A DNA stretch of 64,000 nt from Thermodesulfobacteriota bacterium. GTDB lineage: Bacteria > Desulfobacterota_D > UBA1144 > Nemesobacterales > UBA2774. The notes under the pieces were generated by a model. That model saw only the letters and a list, made by a program, of their open reading frames with translations. It searched no databases and was not told the DNA's origin. A program made the position numbers and the translations under genes. Positions 1 through 9,778 of this stretch are shown here, piece by piece. Each line of letters opens with the position of its first letter. Within the stretch, counting starts at the first letter, position 1. Location: assembly GCA_965223335.1 (NCBI GenBank), contig OZ244991.1, forward strand, positions 1,120,001 through 1,184,000, written 5' to 3'.

Positions 1-1
1 T

Positions 2-1402
2 TCCAATGAAGCCGGGAAATCTAACCTCAAGAAACTTACGACTGCTAAAACCGGCGATGTAATAAATGAACTGGGCGGCCACCCCATAGATCAGGTGTTA
101 GCGCCTAAAGCAAACGGTGAGATAAACAATGATCTCGAGGTTTCGGGTCCAACACCTATGGTAATCAACATCATCGGCTACCCGACTAAAATGGGTAAAG
201 AGAGCACTGGTTTGGTGCTTAGCATCCGCGATATCACAGAAGAGAAACAAAGACGCGATCGCATAGAAACCCAAGGCCGTTTGGCAGCCGTGGGTCAACT
301 GGCTGCCGGTATTGCACATGATTTTAACAACGCACTTACTACTATTTTGGGGTTCTCGCAGATAATTCAAAAAGACGAAGCCACATCATCAAAAAACCGG
401 GAGTTTCTGGAACTGATAATAGAGCAGGGCCATAGAGCAAGCCAGCTTGTACACCAGATTCTGGATTTCAGTCGACAGTCTGTGTCTGAGCGCCAGCACA
501 TGGACCTAGAGATGTTTTTGAGAAAGAACGTAAACCTGCTCGAGCGCACAATACCCGAGAACATCAAAGTCACAGCAGATTTTACCACTGGCAATTACTG
601 GACCTCTGCCGACACCACACAGATTCAACAGGTAATAACCAACCTTGCGCTAAACGCACGGGATGCTATGCCCGAGGGTGGAGAGCTTGTGCTCAAGCTC
701 GATAAATTTAACCTCGAACTCGACTCCAAGCCCCCGATAGCCGATATGCCTATTGGCGAGTGGATAATGTTCTCTGTCTCGGATACAGGATGTGGTATAG
801 AGGCCGACAAGTTGCCGCGAATATTTGAGCCCTTTTTCACAACCAAGAGTGTACGCGAGGGTACCGGGCTCGGGCTTGCACAGGTCTACGGCATCATCAA
901 GCAGCACGACGGGTTTATCGATGTTGAGAGCAAAGTAGATGTAGGCTCTACATTTACCATATATATTCCTGCGACCTCACTCGATGACGCTATCAAATCC
1001 GAAACACCCAAGAATGAAGATATTGTTTATGGCAGGGGAGAGCGGATTCTCCTCGTAGAGGATGAACCAACATTGTTGCAGACCACAAAGACAATGCTCG
1101 AGACTCTGGGCTATGAGATTGTAACGGCTGCCAACGGGCAACAGGCACTAAAGATCTACAACTCACGCCCCGATGATATCGAGCTTGTGATCTCCGATAT
1201 GGTTATGCCCGAGATGGACGGTGTTTCGTTGTTCGAGTCATTAAAAGAGGCCAACAGTGATGTGAAGGTGCTTCTTACCACCGGGTATGCTGTTGGCGAC
1301 AAGGCCAAGGAGCTTCTCTCTCAGGGTGTCGTGGAGTGGATGAAAAAGCCGACCGATCTTGTTACACTTTCTAAGTCGGTAGGTAATGCGCTCGGGAAAT
1401 GA
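2..1402 (+). CDS. Hybrid sensor histidine kinase/receiver (PAS-end, HisKA, HATPase, REC); 5' end runs off the window
   Basis: H-box GIAHDFNNAL, N-box NLALNARDAM, G1 DTGCG, F-box FEPFFTTK, G2 GTGLGL, receiver LLVEDE...ISDMVMP. The frame is open from base 2 with no stop before the ORF-track start at 95. Confidence 0.93.
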   Translation, partial: SNEAGKSNLKKLTTAKTGDVINELGGHPIDQVLAPKANGEINNDLEVSGPTPMVINIIGYPTKMGKESTGLVLSIRDITEEKQRRDRIETQGRLAAVGQLAAGIAHDFNNALTTILGFSQIIQKDEATSSKNREFLELIIEQGHRASQLVHQILDFSRQSVSERQHMDLEMFLRKNVNLLERTIPENIKVTADFTTGNYWTSADTTQIQQVITNLALNARDAMPEGGELVLKLDKFNLELDSKPPIADMPIGEWIMFSVSDTGCGIEADKLPRIFEPFFTTKSVREGTGLGLAQVYGIIKQHDGFIDVESKVDVGSTFTIYIPATSLDDAIKSETPKNEDIVYGRGERILLVEDEPTLLQTTKTMLETLGYEIVTAANGQQALKIYNSRPDDIELVISDMVMPEMDGVSLFESLKEANSDVKVLLTTGYAVGDKAKELLSQGVVEWMKKPTDLVTLSKSVGNALGK

Positions 1403-1453
1403 GTGTATGAATCTATTAGTATACTTCTATATATAAGCCTCTTAGAAATTCAA

Positions 1454-2404
1454 TTACCGTTTTAACACCAGATAAGACGCGCCCAATACCCCAGCGTCTT
1501 CACCCAGCGCACTCTTTAGAATCCCCATTTTTGCGGTATGTGATTTAAGACACCTTTTTTTAGCCTCCGAAACCATATGTTCCCAAAACATGCTGTGCGC
1601 TTTTGATACCCCGCCTCCCACAACTATAACCTCAATATTTAAGAGGTTTACAATGTTGGCTATCGCTGTGCCCAGAGCCCTACCGAATATTCTCCATATC
1701 TCTCGTGCCTCTTTATCCCCCTGCTCGGCTGCTCTTAGTACATATTTCGGTATTTCGTCATCCTCTACGTCGGCGAGCATGGAACTTAGCAGAGACTCGC
1801 TGTTATTTTTTGCGGCTTCACGCGCCAGTCTTTTTACTGCTGTAGCAGACGAATAACTTTCGAGGCATCCGTAATTGCCACAGTTGCATTTGGGTCCCTC
1901 GGGGTCGATAGTCATATGCCCGATCTCTCCCGCAGTACCCCCTTCCCCGCTCCATATACTCCCGTCCAGTATTAACCCCCCTCCCACTCCAGTACCCAGT
2001 GTTATCATCGCCATCGATCTTGTGTCTTTGCCCGCACCCCTCCACCACTCACCGAGCACAGCACAGTTGGCATCGTTTTCAATCTCTATGGGTATATCCA
2101 CATTCAGTTTGTGGACCAGAGCTTTTCTGATCGGATAGTTTTTCACACCTGCTATATTTGGCGCTTCTAAAAGAACCCCGTTTTGGGAATCTATGATAGA
2201 TGGAAAACCGATACCGATGCCCGATATTTTGTGGCTCTCGGCAATCTCCTCAATCATTGCCGTCAAATTCCCCAGCACTGCGTCTATACCCTTACTTGCA
2301 TTAGAGGGCATTTGGTAACGGTAAAGGATTCCCCCGTCTCTGTCCACCAACGCTGCTCTTAGGTTTGTGCCCCCGATATCAAATCCGATTACTTTAGTTG
2401 TCAT
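1454..2404 (-). CDS. glk: ROK-family sugar kinase (glucokinase-like)
   Basis: DIGGT, ENDANCA, TLGTGVGGG, GEIGH and the CNCGNYGCLE Zn motif; no N-terminal HTH. Confidence 0.88.
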   Translation of the reverse strand: MTTKVIGFDIGGTNLRAALVDRDGGILYRYQMPSNASKGIDAVLGNLTAMIEEIAESHKISGIGIGFPSIIDSQNGVLLEAPNIAGVKNYPIRKALVHKLNVDIPIEIENDANCAVLGEWWRGAGKDTRSMAMITLGTGVGGGLILDGSIWSGEGGTAGEIGHMTIDPEGPKCNCGNYGCLESYSSATAVKRLAREAAKNNSESLLSSMLADVEDDEIPKYVLRAAEQGDKEAREIWRIFGRALGTAIANIVNLLNIEVIVVGGGVSKAHSMFWEHMVSEAKKRCLKSHTAKMGILKSALGEDAGVLGASYLVLKR

Positions 2405-2569
2405 GGCAATATGATGGTTAAGTTGATTTAATCAGCAACATTGTTATTGTAGAATATCGGGGAGCGAAATAAAACAGAGAGCGGTGCTCGAGGGCAACTG
2501 GGTTATGGTATTGTAATATCTCAATTGGTTGTTAATTAGCCCGAAATAACAGGGAGGTGTTATTGTAAG

Positions 2570-3724
2570 ATGGCAAATACAGTGATAATTTCTGCGATTA
2601 GATCGCCCATCGGCCGGTATAGGGGCGGGCTAAGTGCCCTCAGACCCGAATTACTATATGCAACAGCGCTTAACGAACTCCTAGGTAAATCAGGTATCGA
2701 TGGCTCAATGGTTGATGACGTCATCACAGGTTGTGTCACACAGGTTAACGAACAGGGTGGAAACATTGGCAGGCTCTCGGTGCTCTTGTCGGATCTGCCG
2801 TCCTCGGTACCCGCAACCACGGTAAATAGGCTATGCGGCTCAAGCCAACAAGCCATTCATTTTGCCTCACAAGCCATAGAGGCGGGCGATGCGAAATTTG
2901 TGATCGCCGGGGGTGTGGAATCCATGAGCCGTGTGCCGATGTTTTCCGACATTAACGGCGACTATGAAGGTTTAACAGAGCTGCTTGCCGATCATCACGA
3001 GATTGTACATCAGGGCGAGTCCGCAGAACGGATTGCGGACAAATACTCGTTTAGCCGCGGGGATCTGGATAACTATAGTTTTATGAGCCATAAGCGTGCC
3101 GCAAGCTCTATAGAGTCCGGGTTTTATAATAACCATGTGTTCCCAATTCAGGCCCCAAACGACGAGGGGGGTAGTATGGAAGTGAGTATTGACGAGGGTG
3201 TAAGGCTCCGACCCGACCTCGAAAAAATGGCCTCTCTCTCCCCTGTGTTTAGGCCAGACGGGGTCATCACAGCCGCCAACTCGAGCCAACTTTCCGATGC
3301 CGCCGCGGCGCTGCTTTTAACAAGCGACGAGATCGCGAGTGCCCAGGGCCTTAAGCCCCTGGCTAAAATAGTGGCAAGGTGTGTGGTCGGGGGCGATCCT
3401 ACAATGCAGCTGCTCGAGATAATTCCCGCGACCACAAAGGCGCTTGAACGCGCGGGCCTCGTGTTTGAGGATATCGATGTATTCGAGGTAAACGAGGCTT
3501 TCTCCTCTGTGGCCTTGGCTTGGATTAGAGAGTTTGAGCCCGATCCGAAGAAGCTAAACCCTAATGGGGGTGCTATAGCCCACGGACATCCATTAGGTGC
3601 AACTGGAGCTATTCTAATGACCAAGCTCATCCACCAGCTTATTCGAACCGATGGTCAGTTTGGACTGCAGGTAATGTGCATCGGGCATGGGATGGCAATT
3701 GCCACCGTGGTAGAAAGGCTATGA
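2570..3724 (+). CDS. Thiolase (acetyl-CoA C-acyltransferase), catalytic residues intact
   Basis: NRLCGSS, NEAF, GHPLGATG and MCIGHG motifs; GGAGGT RBS upstream. Confidence 0.93.
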   Translation: MANTVIISAIRSPIGRYRGGLSALRPELLYATALNELLGKSGIDGSMVDDVITGCVTQVNEQGGNIGRLSVLLSDLPSSVPATTVNRLCGSSQQAIHFASQAIEAGDAKFVIAGGVESMSRVPMFSDINGDYEGLTELLADHHEIVHQGESAERIADKYSFSRGDLDNYSFMSHKRAASSIESGFYNNHVFPIQAPNDEGGSMEVSIDEGVRLRPDLEKMASLSPVFRPDGVITAANSSQLSDAAAALLLTSDEIASAQGLKPLAKIVARCVVGGDPTMQLLEIIPATTKALERAGLVFEDIDVFEVNEAFSSVALAWIREFEPDPKKLNPNGGAIAHGHPLGATGAILMTKLIHQLIRTDGQFGLQVMCIGHGMAIATVVERL

Positions 3725-3741
3725 TTCCAAGGAGTATTTAG

Positions 3742-4656
3742 TTGGTAAAAGACCGAATTTATTGTGCCCAGGCGTCGTTATCATCAAAAGAGTCTCTTTT
3801 CGGTACAGCTCCGAGTGTGGATCTATGGTTCCTGCTGGAGTATAGGGGGCACTGGTCAAAAAGCGCTTTTGGTGACGCAAAGATTCCCAAAAAAGTAAAA
3901 CGCAGAATTAAATCCCAACTCTCCCGTCATTCAAAGACCCGACTTCAGTTAATAAAACAAACAAACCCCGATCACGACGGTATAAAGTTCTATATATGTG
4001 TGTCCGATGATTCAAAACCCCGTACTTATGAGTTCGAGGTTGCGGATTACCGAGAACTTTTATCCCTCAATCTAAAATCAATCCTAAAACACGATCACCA
4101 TTTAAGAGAAAAACCGCTAGTTTTAGTGTGCACAAATGGAGAGTATGATAAATGTTGCGGTACATACGGTGTGCCGATGTATCTGGATTTGAACCGGAAA
4201 ATCCCTGGTGATACCGTATGGCAGACCACACATATAGGAGGGCACAGGTTCGCTGCTACGTTTGTTTGCCTGCCCCACGGCATATATAACGGACACCTAA
4301 ACGATCCCACCGAGCTGGATAGAGTGGTTGAGATGTACTCACGCGGACATATAGATCCCCGATACTATCGGGGCAGATCATGCTACGACCCCTATGCCCA
4401 GGCCGCGGAGTATTATCTCCGTACAAATAGCGATATCACAGATATCGGTGCGTTTAGGTTAAAGGGGGTTAAAAAACACAAGGGGCACAGAAGAGTCAAT
4501 TTCAGATCCACCGAAGGCGACACCACCCATCAACTCACAATTAAACTCTCGAAAAAGAGTGTAAAAGTCATAAAAAACTGCGGGGACAAAAAGCCGTCAT
4601 CTGTGGGTCAGTATGAGCTAGTGAAGTACAACGAATTATCTAGGATAAAAGATTGA
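3742..4656 (+). CDS. Sucrase/ferredoxin-like protein
   Basis: WFLLEYRGHW, LVCTNGEYDKCC and THIGGHRFA motifs typical of the family. Confidence 0.82.
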   Translation: MVKDRIYCAQASLSSKESLFGTAPSVDLWFLLEYRGHWSKSAFGDAKIPKKVKRRIKSQLSRHSKTRLQLIKQTNPDHDGIKFYICVSDDSKPRTYEFEVADYRELLSLNLKSILKHDHHLREKPLVLVCTNGEYDKCCGTYGVPMYLDLNRKIPGDTVWQTTHIGGHRFAATFVCLPHGIYNGHLNDPTELDRVVEMYSRGHIDPRYYRGRSCYDPYAQAAEYYLRTNSDITDIGAFRLKGVKKHKGHRRVNFRSTEGDTTHQLTIKLSKKSVKVIKNCGDKKPSSVGQYELVKYNELSRIKD

Positions 4657-5384
4657 AAGTTAGACTCAACAAGTACCTGTCGATGTGTGGGGTGTCATCG
4701 AGAAGAAAGGCCGATGATTTAATTGCAGAGGGCAAAGTAACCATAAACGGTGAGGTGGCAAACGAGCTCGGTTGCACGGTGGATACGGAATCAGACACCG
4801 TAGAGCTAAACGGCAGATCGGTTAAGATTGAGGGCAAGAGATACATAGCGCTTAACAAGCCTAAACACTATCTATCTGCGATCGGTGCCGATAAAAAAAA
4901 ACGTACAATATCCGAGCTCATTACCGATATACCCGAGCGCGTGTATCCGGTGGGCAGACTCGATTACGATGTGGAGGGATTGTTGATCTTAACCAACGAC
5001 GGCGAGTTAACCAACAGGATTATACACCCGCGCTACGAGCTCAGTAAGCAGTACTTAGCACTGGTAAAGGGTAAGGTGAGTAAGAAAACACTGAGCGATA
5101 TGCGAAAGGGTGCAGAGCTCGAGGACGGGTTTGTGGTGCCGGATAAGATAGAGATTATGAGCCATGGGGAGAAACAGAGCTCTATATTGGTGTGGTTTCA
5201 CGAGGGTAAGAACCATTTGGTAAAACGATACTTTGCACATTTCGACCACCCTGTTGAGAAATTGAAAAGACTCTCTGTGGGCCCGGTTGAACTAGGGGGG
5301 CTTAGGTCGGGCAAGTGGCGGGAGCTAGAGAGTAGCGAGATCAATATGATTCGAGAGATGACAGGGATGAGCAGTGATAAATAG
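4653..5384 (+). CDS. rluB: rRNA pseudouridine synthase, RsuA/RluB family with S4 domain
   Basis: RLNKYLS...SRRKAD S4 start; catalytic VGRLDYDVEGLLILTNDG. Confidence 0.85.
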   Translation: MKVRLNKYLSMCGVSSRRKADDLIAEGKVTINGEVANELGCTVDTESDTVELNGRSVKIEGKRYIALNKPKHYLSAIGADKKKRTISELITDIPERVYPVGRLDYDVEGLLILTNDGELTNRIIHPRYELSKQYLALVKGKVSKKTLSDMRKGAELEDGFVVPDKIEIMSHGEKQSSILVWFHEGKNHLVKRYFAHFDHPVEKLKRLSVGPVELGGLRSGKWRELESSEINMIREMTGMSSDK

Positions 5385-5450
5385 AGTTTTTCACAGTTAG
5401 GGGTTAGAGTAGGTCTAGCTATTTAGGACAGTTAAAAACTACAATACGAT

Positions 5451-6077
5451 ATGCTTATCACTTTTGAGGGTATAGAAGGCTGCGGTAAAAGCACTCAGGC
5501 CAGGCTTCTTTTAGATGCGCTGGTAAAAGAGGGATACAACGCCACTCTCACTCGTGAGCCGGGCTGGGGGGTGCTTGGGGAGTTAATCAGAAAAGTAATT
5601 CTAGACGAAAGAGAGCTAAGTCTCGATCCTGTGGCCGAATTGTGTCTGTTTTGCGCCGACAGAGCACAGCACGTCCGTGACTATATTATTCCATATTTAG
5701 AAAAAGGACAGATTGTAATCTGCGACAGATATTATGACTCCACCATTGTGTATCAGGGCTATGGGCGCAAGCTTGACTTAAAACTTGTGAACAAAGTTGC
5801 CAAGGCCTCCTCCCTTGGTGTCGTCCCCGACCTCACTTTCCTCTTAAATCTGCCGGTTAGAGCTGGGTTGGACAGACTCAAAAAGAGGGGCGACATAACA
5901 AAGATTGACGAGGAACCACTCGAGTTCCACGAATTAATCAGACAGGGCTATATGGTTTTGGCTAGACGCGAGCCAAAGCGTATAGTCCGGATAAATGCCG
6001 ACCGCGAGATCGGCCCCATACACAATGAAATCAATAGTATTTTGTTGAATTTTATCAAATCCCAAAATGCTTCCTGA
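5451..6077 (+). CDS. tmk: Thymidylate kinase
   Basis: ITFEGIEGCGKSTQ P-loop, TREPG, DRYYDSTIVYQG. Confidence 0.96.
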   Translation: MLITFEGIEGCGKSTQARLLLDALVKEGYNATLTREPGWGVLGELIRKVILDERELSLDPVAELCLFCADRAQHVRDYIIPYLEKGQIVICDRYYDSTIVYQGYGRKLDLKLVNKVAKASSLGVVPDLTFLLNLPVRAGLDRLKKRGDITKIDEEPLEFHELIRQGYMVLARREPKRIVRINADREIGPIHNEINSILLNFIKSQNAS

Positions 6078-7101
6078 CATGAAAGATATCTATTTCCATA
6101 ACATTGTTGGTCACGATGCACAGATCGAGAGTTTGATAAAAGCTCTAGGTGATAACAGGGTGTCGCACTCCTATATATTTAGCGGGCCGAGCGGAGTGGG
6201 TAAAAAACTAATTGCCCGGGATTATGCCAAGCTCCTTAATTGCTCTCGGGCAGTTCACTCTGCCGGAGACCATGCTATAACTGAGTGCGAGTGTAAATCA
6301 TGCAAGAAGATAGACAGGGGCACTCACCCCGATGTTGTAATTGTCGAGAGCCACGAGAACACGGTCATTAAGGTAGACCAAGTGAGAACAGAGATAGAAC
6401 AGAACCTATACCTAAAACCGTTTGAAGGCCGGTTTAAAGTTGTGATTGTGGACGAGTGCGAACGGATGAACCCTAACGCACAAAACGCATTCCTAAAAAC
6501 GCTCGAAGAACCGCCACCTAGCTCTGTAATTATCCTTATAACCTCGAAACCCCAGACACTCCTGCCTACGATAACTTCTCGGTGCAACACTATTAGGTTC
6601 AGCGCCCTTAGCACAGCGGGCATATCCCGGATAATCCCCGCCGAGTGGGGCCTCGCCCAGGATGAACTAAGTGTGCTCGTGCGGTTGTTCGGGGGCAGTG
6701 CGGGGGATATATTACGGTGGGGCAAAGGGATATTAGAGTTTAGAGCCGATTTAATCATGGGGATAGAACGGATCGAGCCCAACTCTCCCGGGGATCTGTT
6801 TGGGTTGGTGGAATCACTGCCTATAGGTAAGGGTGCGGAGGAAAACGAGAGGCTAAAAATCGTAATTCGTATGCTTTTACTTTGGCTCGCAGACGTAGCC
6901 AGACTCAAAATCGATCCGGATAACGTGCTTGAGCACAACCCAGACATACTGTCTGTATCAAAACGCTATGCGGATAAAAACGATCTCAACACATTGATAA
7001 ACTTACAGGCCAAATTAGAAAAAGCCGAGTATGATATATTTCTTGGCTATGCAAACAAACAGCTTACACTAGAGAGCGTTTTGTGCGATCTTACTATGTA
7101 G
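6067..7101 (+). CDS. holB: DNA polymerase III delta' subunit
   Basis: GPSGVGK, CECKSC Zn module, HPDV, AQNAFLKTLEEPP, TITSRC; follows tmk. Confidence 0.94.
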   Translation: MLPDMKDIYFHNIVGHDAQIESLIKALGDNRVSHSYIFSGPSGVGKKLIARDYAKLLNCSRAVHSAGDHAITECECKSCKKIDRGTHPDVVIVESHENTVIKVDQVRTEIEQNLYLKPFEGRFKVVIVDECERMNPNAQNAFLKTLEEPPPSSVIILITSKPQTLLPTITSRCNTIRFSALSTAGISRIIPAEWGLAQDELSVLVRLFGGSAGDILRWGKGILEFRADLIMGIERIEPNSPGDLFGLVESLPIGKGAEENERLKIVIRMLLLWLADVARLKIDPDNVLEHNPDILSVSKRYADKNDLNTLINLQAKLEKAEYDIFLGYANKQLTLESVLCDLTM

Positions 7102-7163
7102 CGAGTGCAATAAGATTCACAAACCATCAATCGAATCCACTCGGTAGCCGGAGAATGTAGAGA

Positions 7164-8702
7164 ATGAATAAAACCTATTATGTCACCACTCCCATATATT
7201 ATGTGAACGATGTGCCTCACATCGGCCACGCCTACACTACAATAGCAGCCGATACTATGGCCAGGTACAAAAGGCTTTGCGGTGAAAATGTTTATTTCAT
7301 CACCGGCACCGACGAGCACGGCCAAAAGATCGAGCGGACCGCAGAGTCTAATCAGGAAACCCCCATAGAGCTTGCCGACAGGGTGGTGGAGAGGTTTAAA
7401 AACCTGTCAGGAGCACTCAACATTACTAATGATGATTTCATTCGTACTACCGAGCCCCGTCACCGCGACGCTGTAGAGGAGATATTCAAGCTCATAGAGG
7501 CCTCCGGTGATATTTATCTCGGGGAGTACGAGGGTTGGTACGACGTTAGAAACGAGGCCTTTATTACCGAGACTCAACTTGAAGAAATAAACTCAATGCC
7601 CGTAAGCACCCGCCCGCAGATAGACAAAGTAAAAGAGAGCAGCTACTTCTTTAGGCTCTCCGCATACGAGGACCGATTGCTCAAGCACTACAAAGATAAT
7701 CCCGATTTCGTTATGCCTAAAAACAGGTTAAACGAGGTAAAGAGCTTTGTAGAAGGGGGGCTAAAAGATCTTAGCATAAGCCGCACGACATTCTCGTGGG
7801 GTATACCGCTGCCAGGCAACCCCGATCATGTGCTCTATGTTTGGTTCGATGCCCTCACCAACTACCTAACCGGTGCGGGGTTCCCAAATGATCCCGATAA
7901 GTACCAGTCTCTATGGCCTGCCGACCTGCATCTGGTGGGTAAGGACATACTTAGGTTCCATGCTGTTTACTGGCCTGCGTTTTTGATGTCCGCAGGGCTC
8001 CCATTGCCACGGACGGTGTTTGCCCACGGATGGTGGACCGTGGAGGGCGAGAAGATGTCCAAGTCGCTTGGCAATGTAGTCGACCCCTACCAAGTAGTGG
8101 AAGAATTCGGGGCCGATGTGTTTCGCTACTTTTTACTGCGCGAGATACCTTTTGGGGGTGATGGTGATTTCTCCAAGAGTGCAATTATAGCCAGGGCCAA
8201 CGGTGAGCTTGCCAACGGTCTTGGCAACCTTGTGAGCAGGACTCTCGGTATGGTGGAAAGGTACTATGACGGTAAGGTCCCGGAACCGGCTCAATTCATT
8301 GATATGGATAATGAGCTAAAGGAGAGAGCGTTGGATACATACAATCAACTAAGCGGTGATATGCAAGAGCTTCTGTTCCACAAAGCGCTTACAGTAATTT
8401 GGGATTATATAGCACTGGTAAACAGGTATGTAGACGAGACGACACCGTGGGTGCTGGCAAAGGAGGGGAATACTGAGAGATTAGGTACAGTGTTATGGAC
8501 TTTAATCCAATCTATAAACTCCATCTCGCTAATGATCTACCCGTTTATACCCAATACGGCCGAGCAGATTTGGGAAAGACTCGGGCTAAGCGGTTCTTTA
8601 GAAGGCCATAATTTAGAAGATGCCAAAAAGTGGGGTCTGGTCGAGTCCGACACCTCTGTTCATAAAGGTGAAAACCTGTTTGTTAGACACGATGCCGAGT
8701 AA
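7164..8702 (+). CDS. metG: Methionine-tRNA ligase (short form, no C-terminal tRNA-binding domain)
   Basis: YVTTPIYYVND, HIGH, GTDEHGQK, YVWFDAL, KMSKS; 512 aa. Confidence 0.96.
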   Translation: MNKTYYVTTPIYYVNDVPHIGHAYTTIAADTMARYKRLCGENVYFITGTDEHGQKIERTAESNQETPIELADRVVERFKNLSGALNITNDDFIRTTEPRHRDAVEEIFKLIEASGDIYLGEYEGWYDVRNEAFITETQLEEINSMPVSTRPQIDKVKESSYFFRLSAYEDRLLKHYKDNPDFVMPKNRLNEVKSFVEGGLKDLSISRTTFSWGIPLPGNPDHVLYVWFDALTNYLTGAGFPNDPDKYQSLWPADLHLVGKDILRFHAVYWPAFLMSAGLPLPRTVFAHGWWTVEGEKMSKSLGNVVDPYQVVEEFGADVFRYFLLREIPFGGDGDFSKSAIIARANGELANGLGNLVSRTLGMVERYYDGKVPEPAQFIDMDNELKERALDTYNQLSGDMQELLFHKALTVIWDYIALVNRYVDETTPWVLAKEGNTERLGTVLWTLIQSINSISLMIYPFIPNTAEQIWERLGLSGSLEGHNLEDAKKWGLVESDTSVHKGENLFVRHDAE

Positions 8703-8810
8703 ATGTTTGCTCTATTAATAAAATGACGTAATCCATAATACACTAATAACACATCTAACATATTAGCTAATTTTATATCTGCTATTACATATATTTGTAA
8801 TTAGACAACT

Positions 8811-8847
8811 GTGCAATATATTGCACTTGCCAGTATTAATATTGCAC
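8811..8847 (+). promoter_or_regulatory. Putative enhancer (UAS) for a sigma54 activator, pil operon 1
   Basis: Perfect 16 bp palindrome GTGCAATATATTGCAC (8811-8826) plus a second half-site ending TTGCAC at 8847; a related motif precedes operon 2. Confidence 0.65.
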
Positions 8848-8919
8848 AAAAATTTTTCCTAACTAGTTGACACTATATATTTATTAATTAATTATGGGTG
8901 GTTACAAGACCAACATTGA

Positions 8920-8935
8920 CGGCATGAATATTGCA
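8920..8935 (+). promoter_or_regulatory. Sigma54 (-24/-12) promoter, pil operon 1
   Basis: CGGCATGAATATTGCA = GG-N10-GC with TTGCA at -12, 65 bp before pilV. Confidence 0.75.
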
Positions 8936-8999
8936 TGCTATTGATTAGCGTTTTAATTAGTTGAGTGTTAATTGAGCCTGTGGAGAAGGTGGTAAGAGC

Positions 9000-9743
9000 T
9001 TGCTTAAAAGCGAAGAGGGGTTCACATTAACAGAAATCCTCATGGCGCTCATGATCATGATGATCGGTTTTTTAGCCATGGCCCAGATGCAGTTCCTGTC
9101 ACTTAAGCAGGGACAGATGGCAGAATCGGGCACAGTCGCAACAAACGCCCTTCAGTTTGTAAGCGATAGGGATATGAAGGAGGCCAGGAGACTCCATCTA
9201 CTCAATGCAGCGGTCTACATAGAAGCTCAATCCGGCGCCGCGCCTGCTAGCTTATCAACTGAGTACTGCGACGGTACGCCACCCGCAAGTTGTCCCAATC
9301 CCCCTTGTGCTGACCCCTGCACAAACTGTCCATGCAACCCGCTTGAGATTATCACCCCCAACCCAACGGACGGGACCACAGAGATCACATGCGCGGCGTT
9401 AAACGAAAAGAACTTCGACCCCGATAAGATTGTGTATCGCACCACAAAAGCGCAGTGCGAAGCAGATGCAAACGACATTATTAACAACGATGCAGGACAG
9501 CCGATATATATAGTAAAGGAAGTGTCAACTGATGTAGTACAAGCTGTGGGGCAGCCCGATGTGTTTAACCTGACCATTACCTACGCCATAAAGAACATGA
9601 AACAGTTTGATAATACGGGAATAACCAGTGTTGAAATAGCGCACAGCCTAGCGAGCCAGTCCTATGTAGTAAGTGCGCACACAGACGACTGGTCGGGCTT
9701 TATACCCGGATGGAATACGGTGAACATCCCAAATGTGCCGTAG
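9000..9743 (+). CDS. pilV: Type IV minor pilin, PilV-like (copy 1), Cys-rich
   Basis: Class III signal EEG|FTLTEILMAL with E5 and a hydrophobic helix; first gene of a V-W-X-Y1 order; TTG start. Confidence 0.8.
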   Translation: MLKSEEGFTLTEILMALMIMMIGFLAMAQMQFLSLKQGQMAESGTVATNALQFVSDRDMKEARRLHLLNAAVYIEAQSGAAPASLSTEYCDGTPPASCPNPPCADPCTNCPCNPLEIITPNPTDGTTEITCAALNEKNFDPDKIVYRTTKAQCEADANDIINNDAGQPIYIVKEVSTDVVQAVGQPDVFNLTITYAIKNMKQFDNTGITSVEIAHSLASQSYVVSAHTDDWSGFIPGWNTVNIPNVP

Positions 9744-9778
9744 TGATAAGAATGAATGGATATAAATGGGAGATATAG

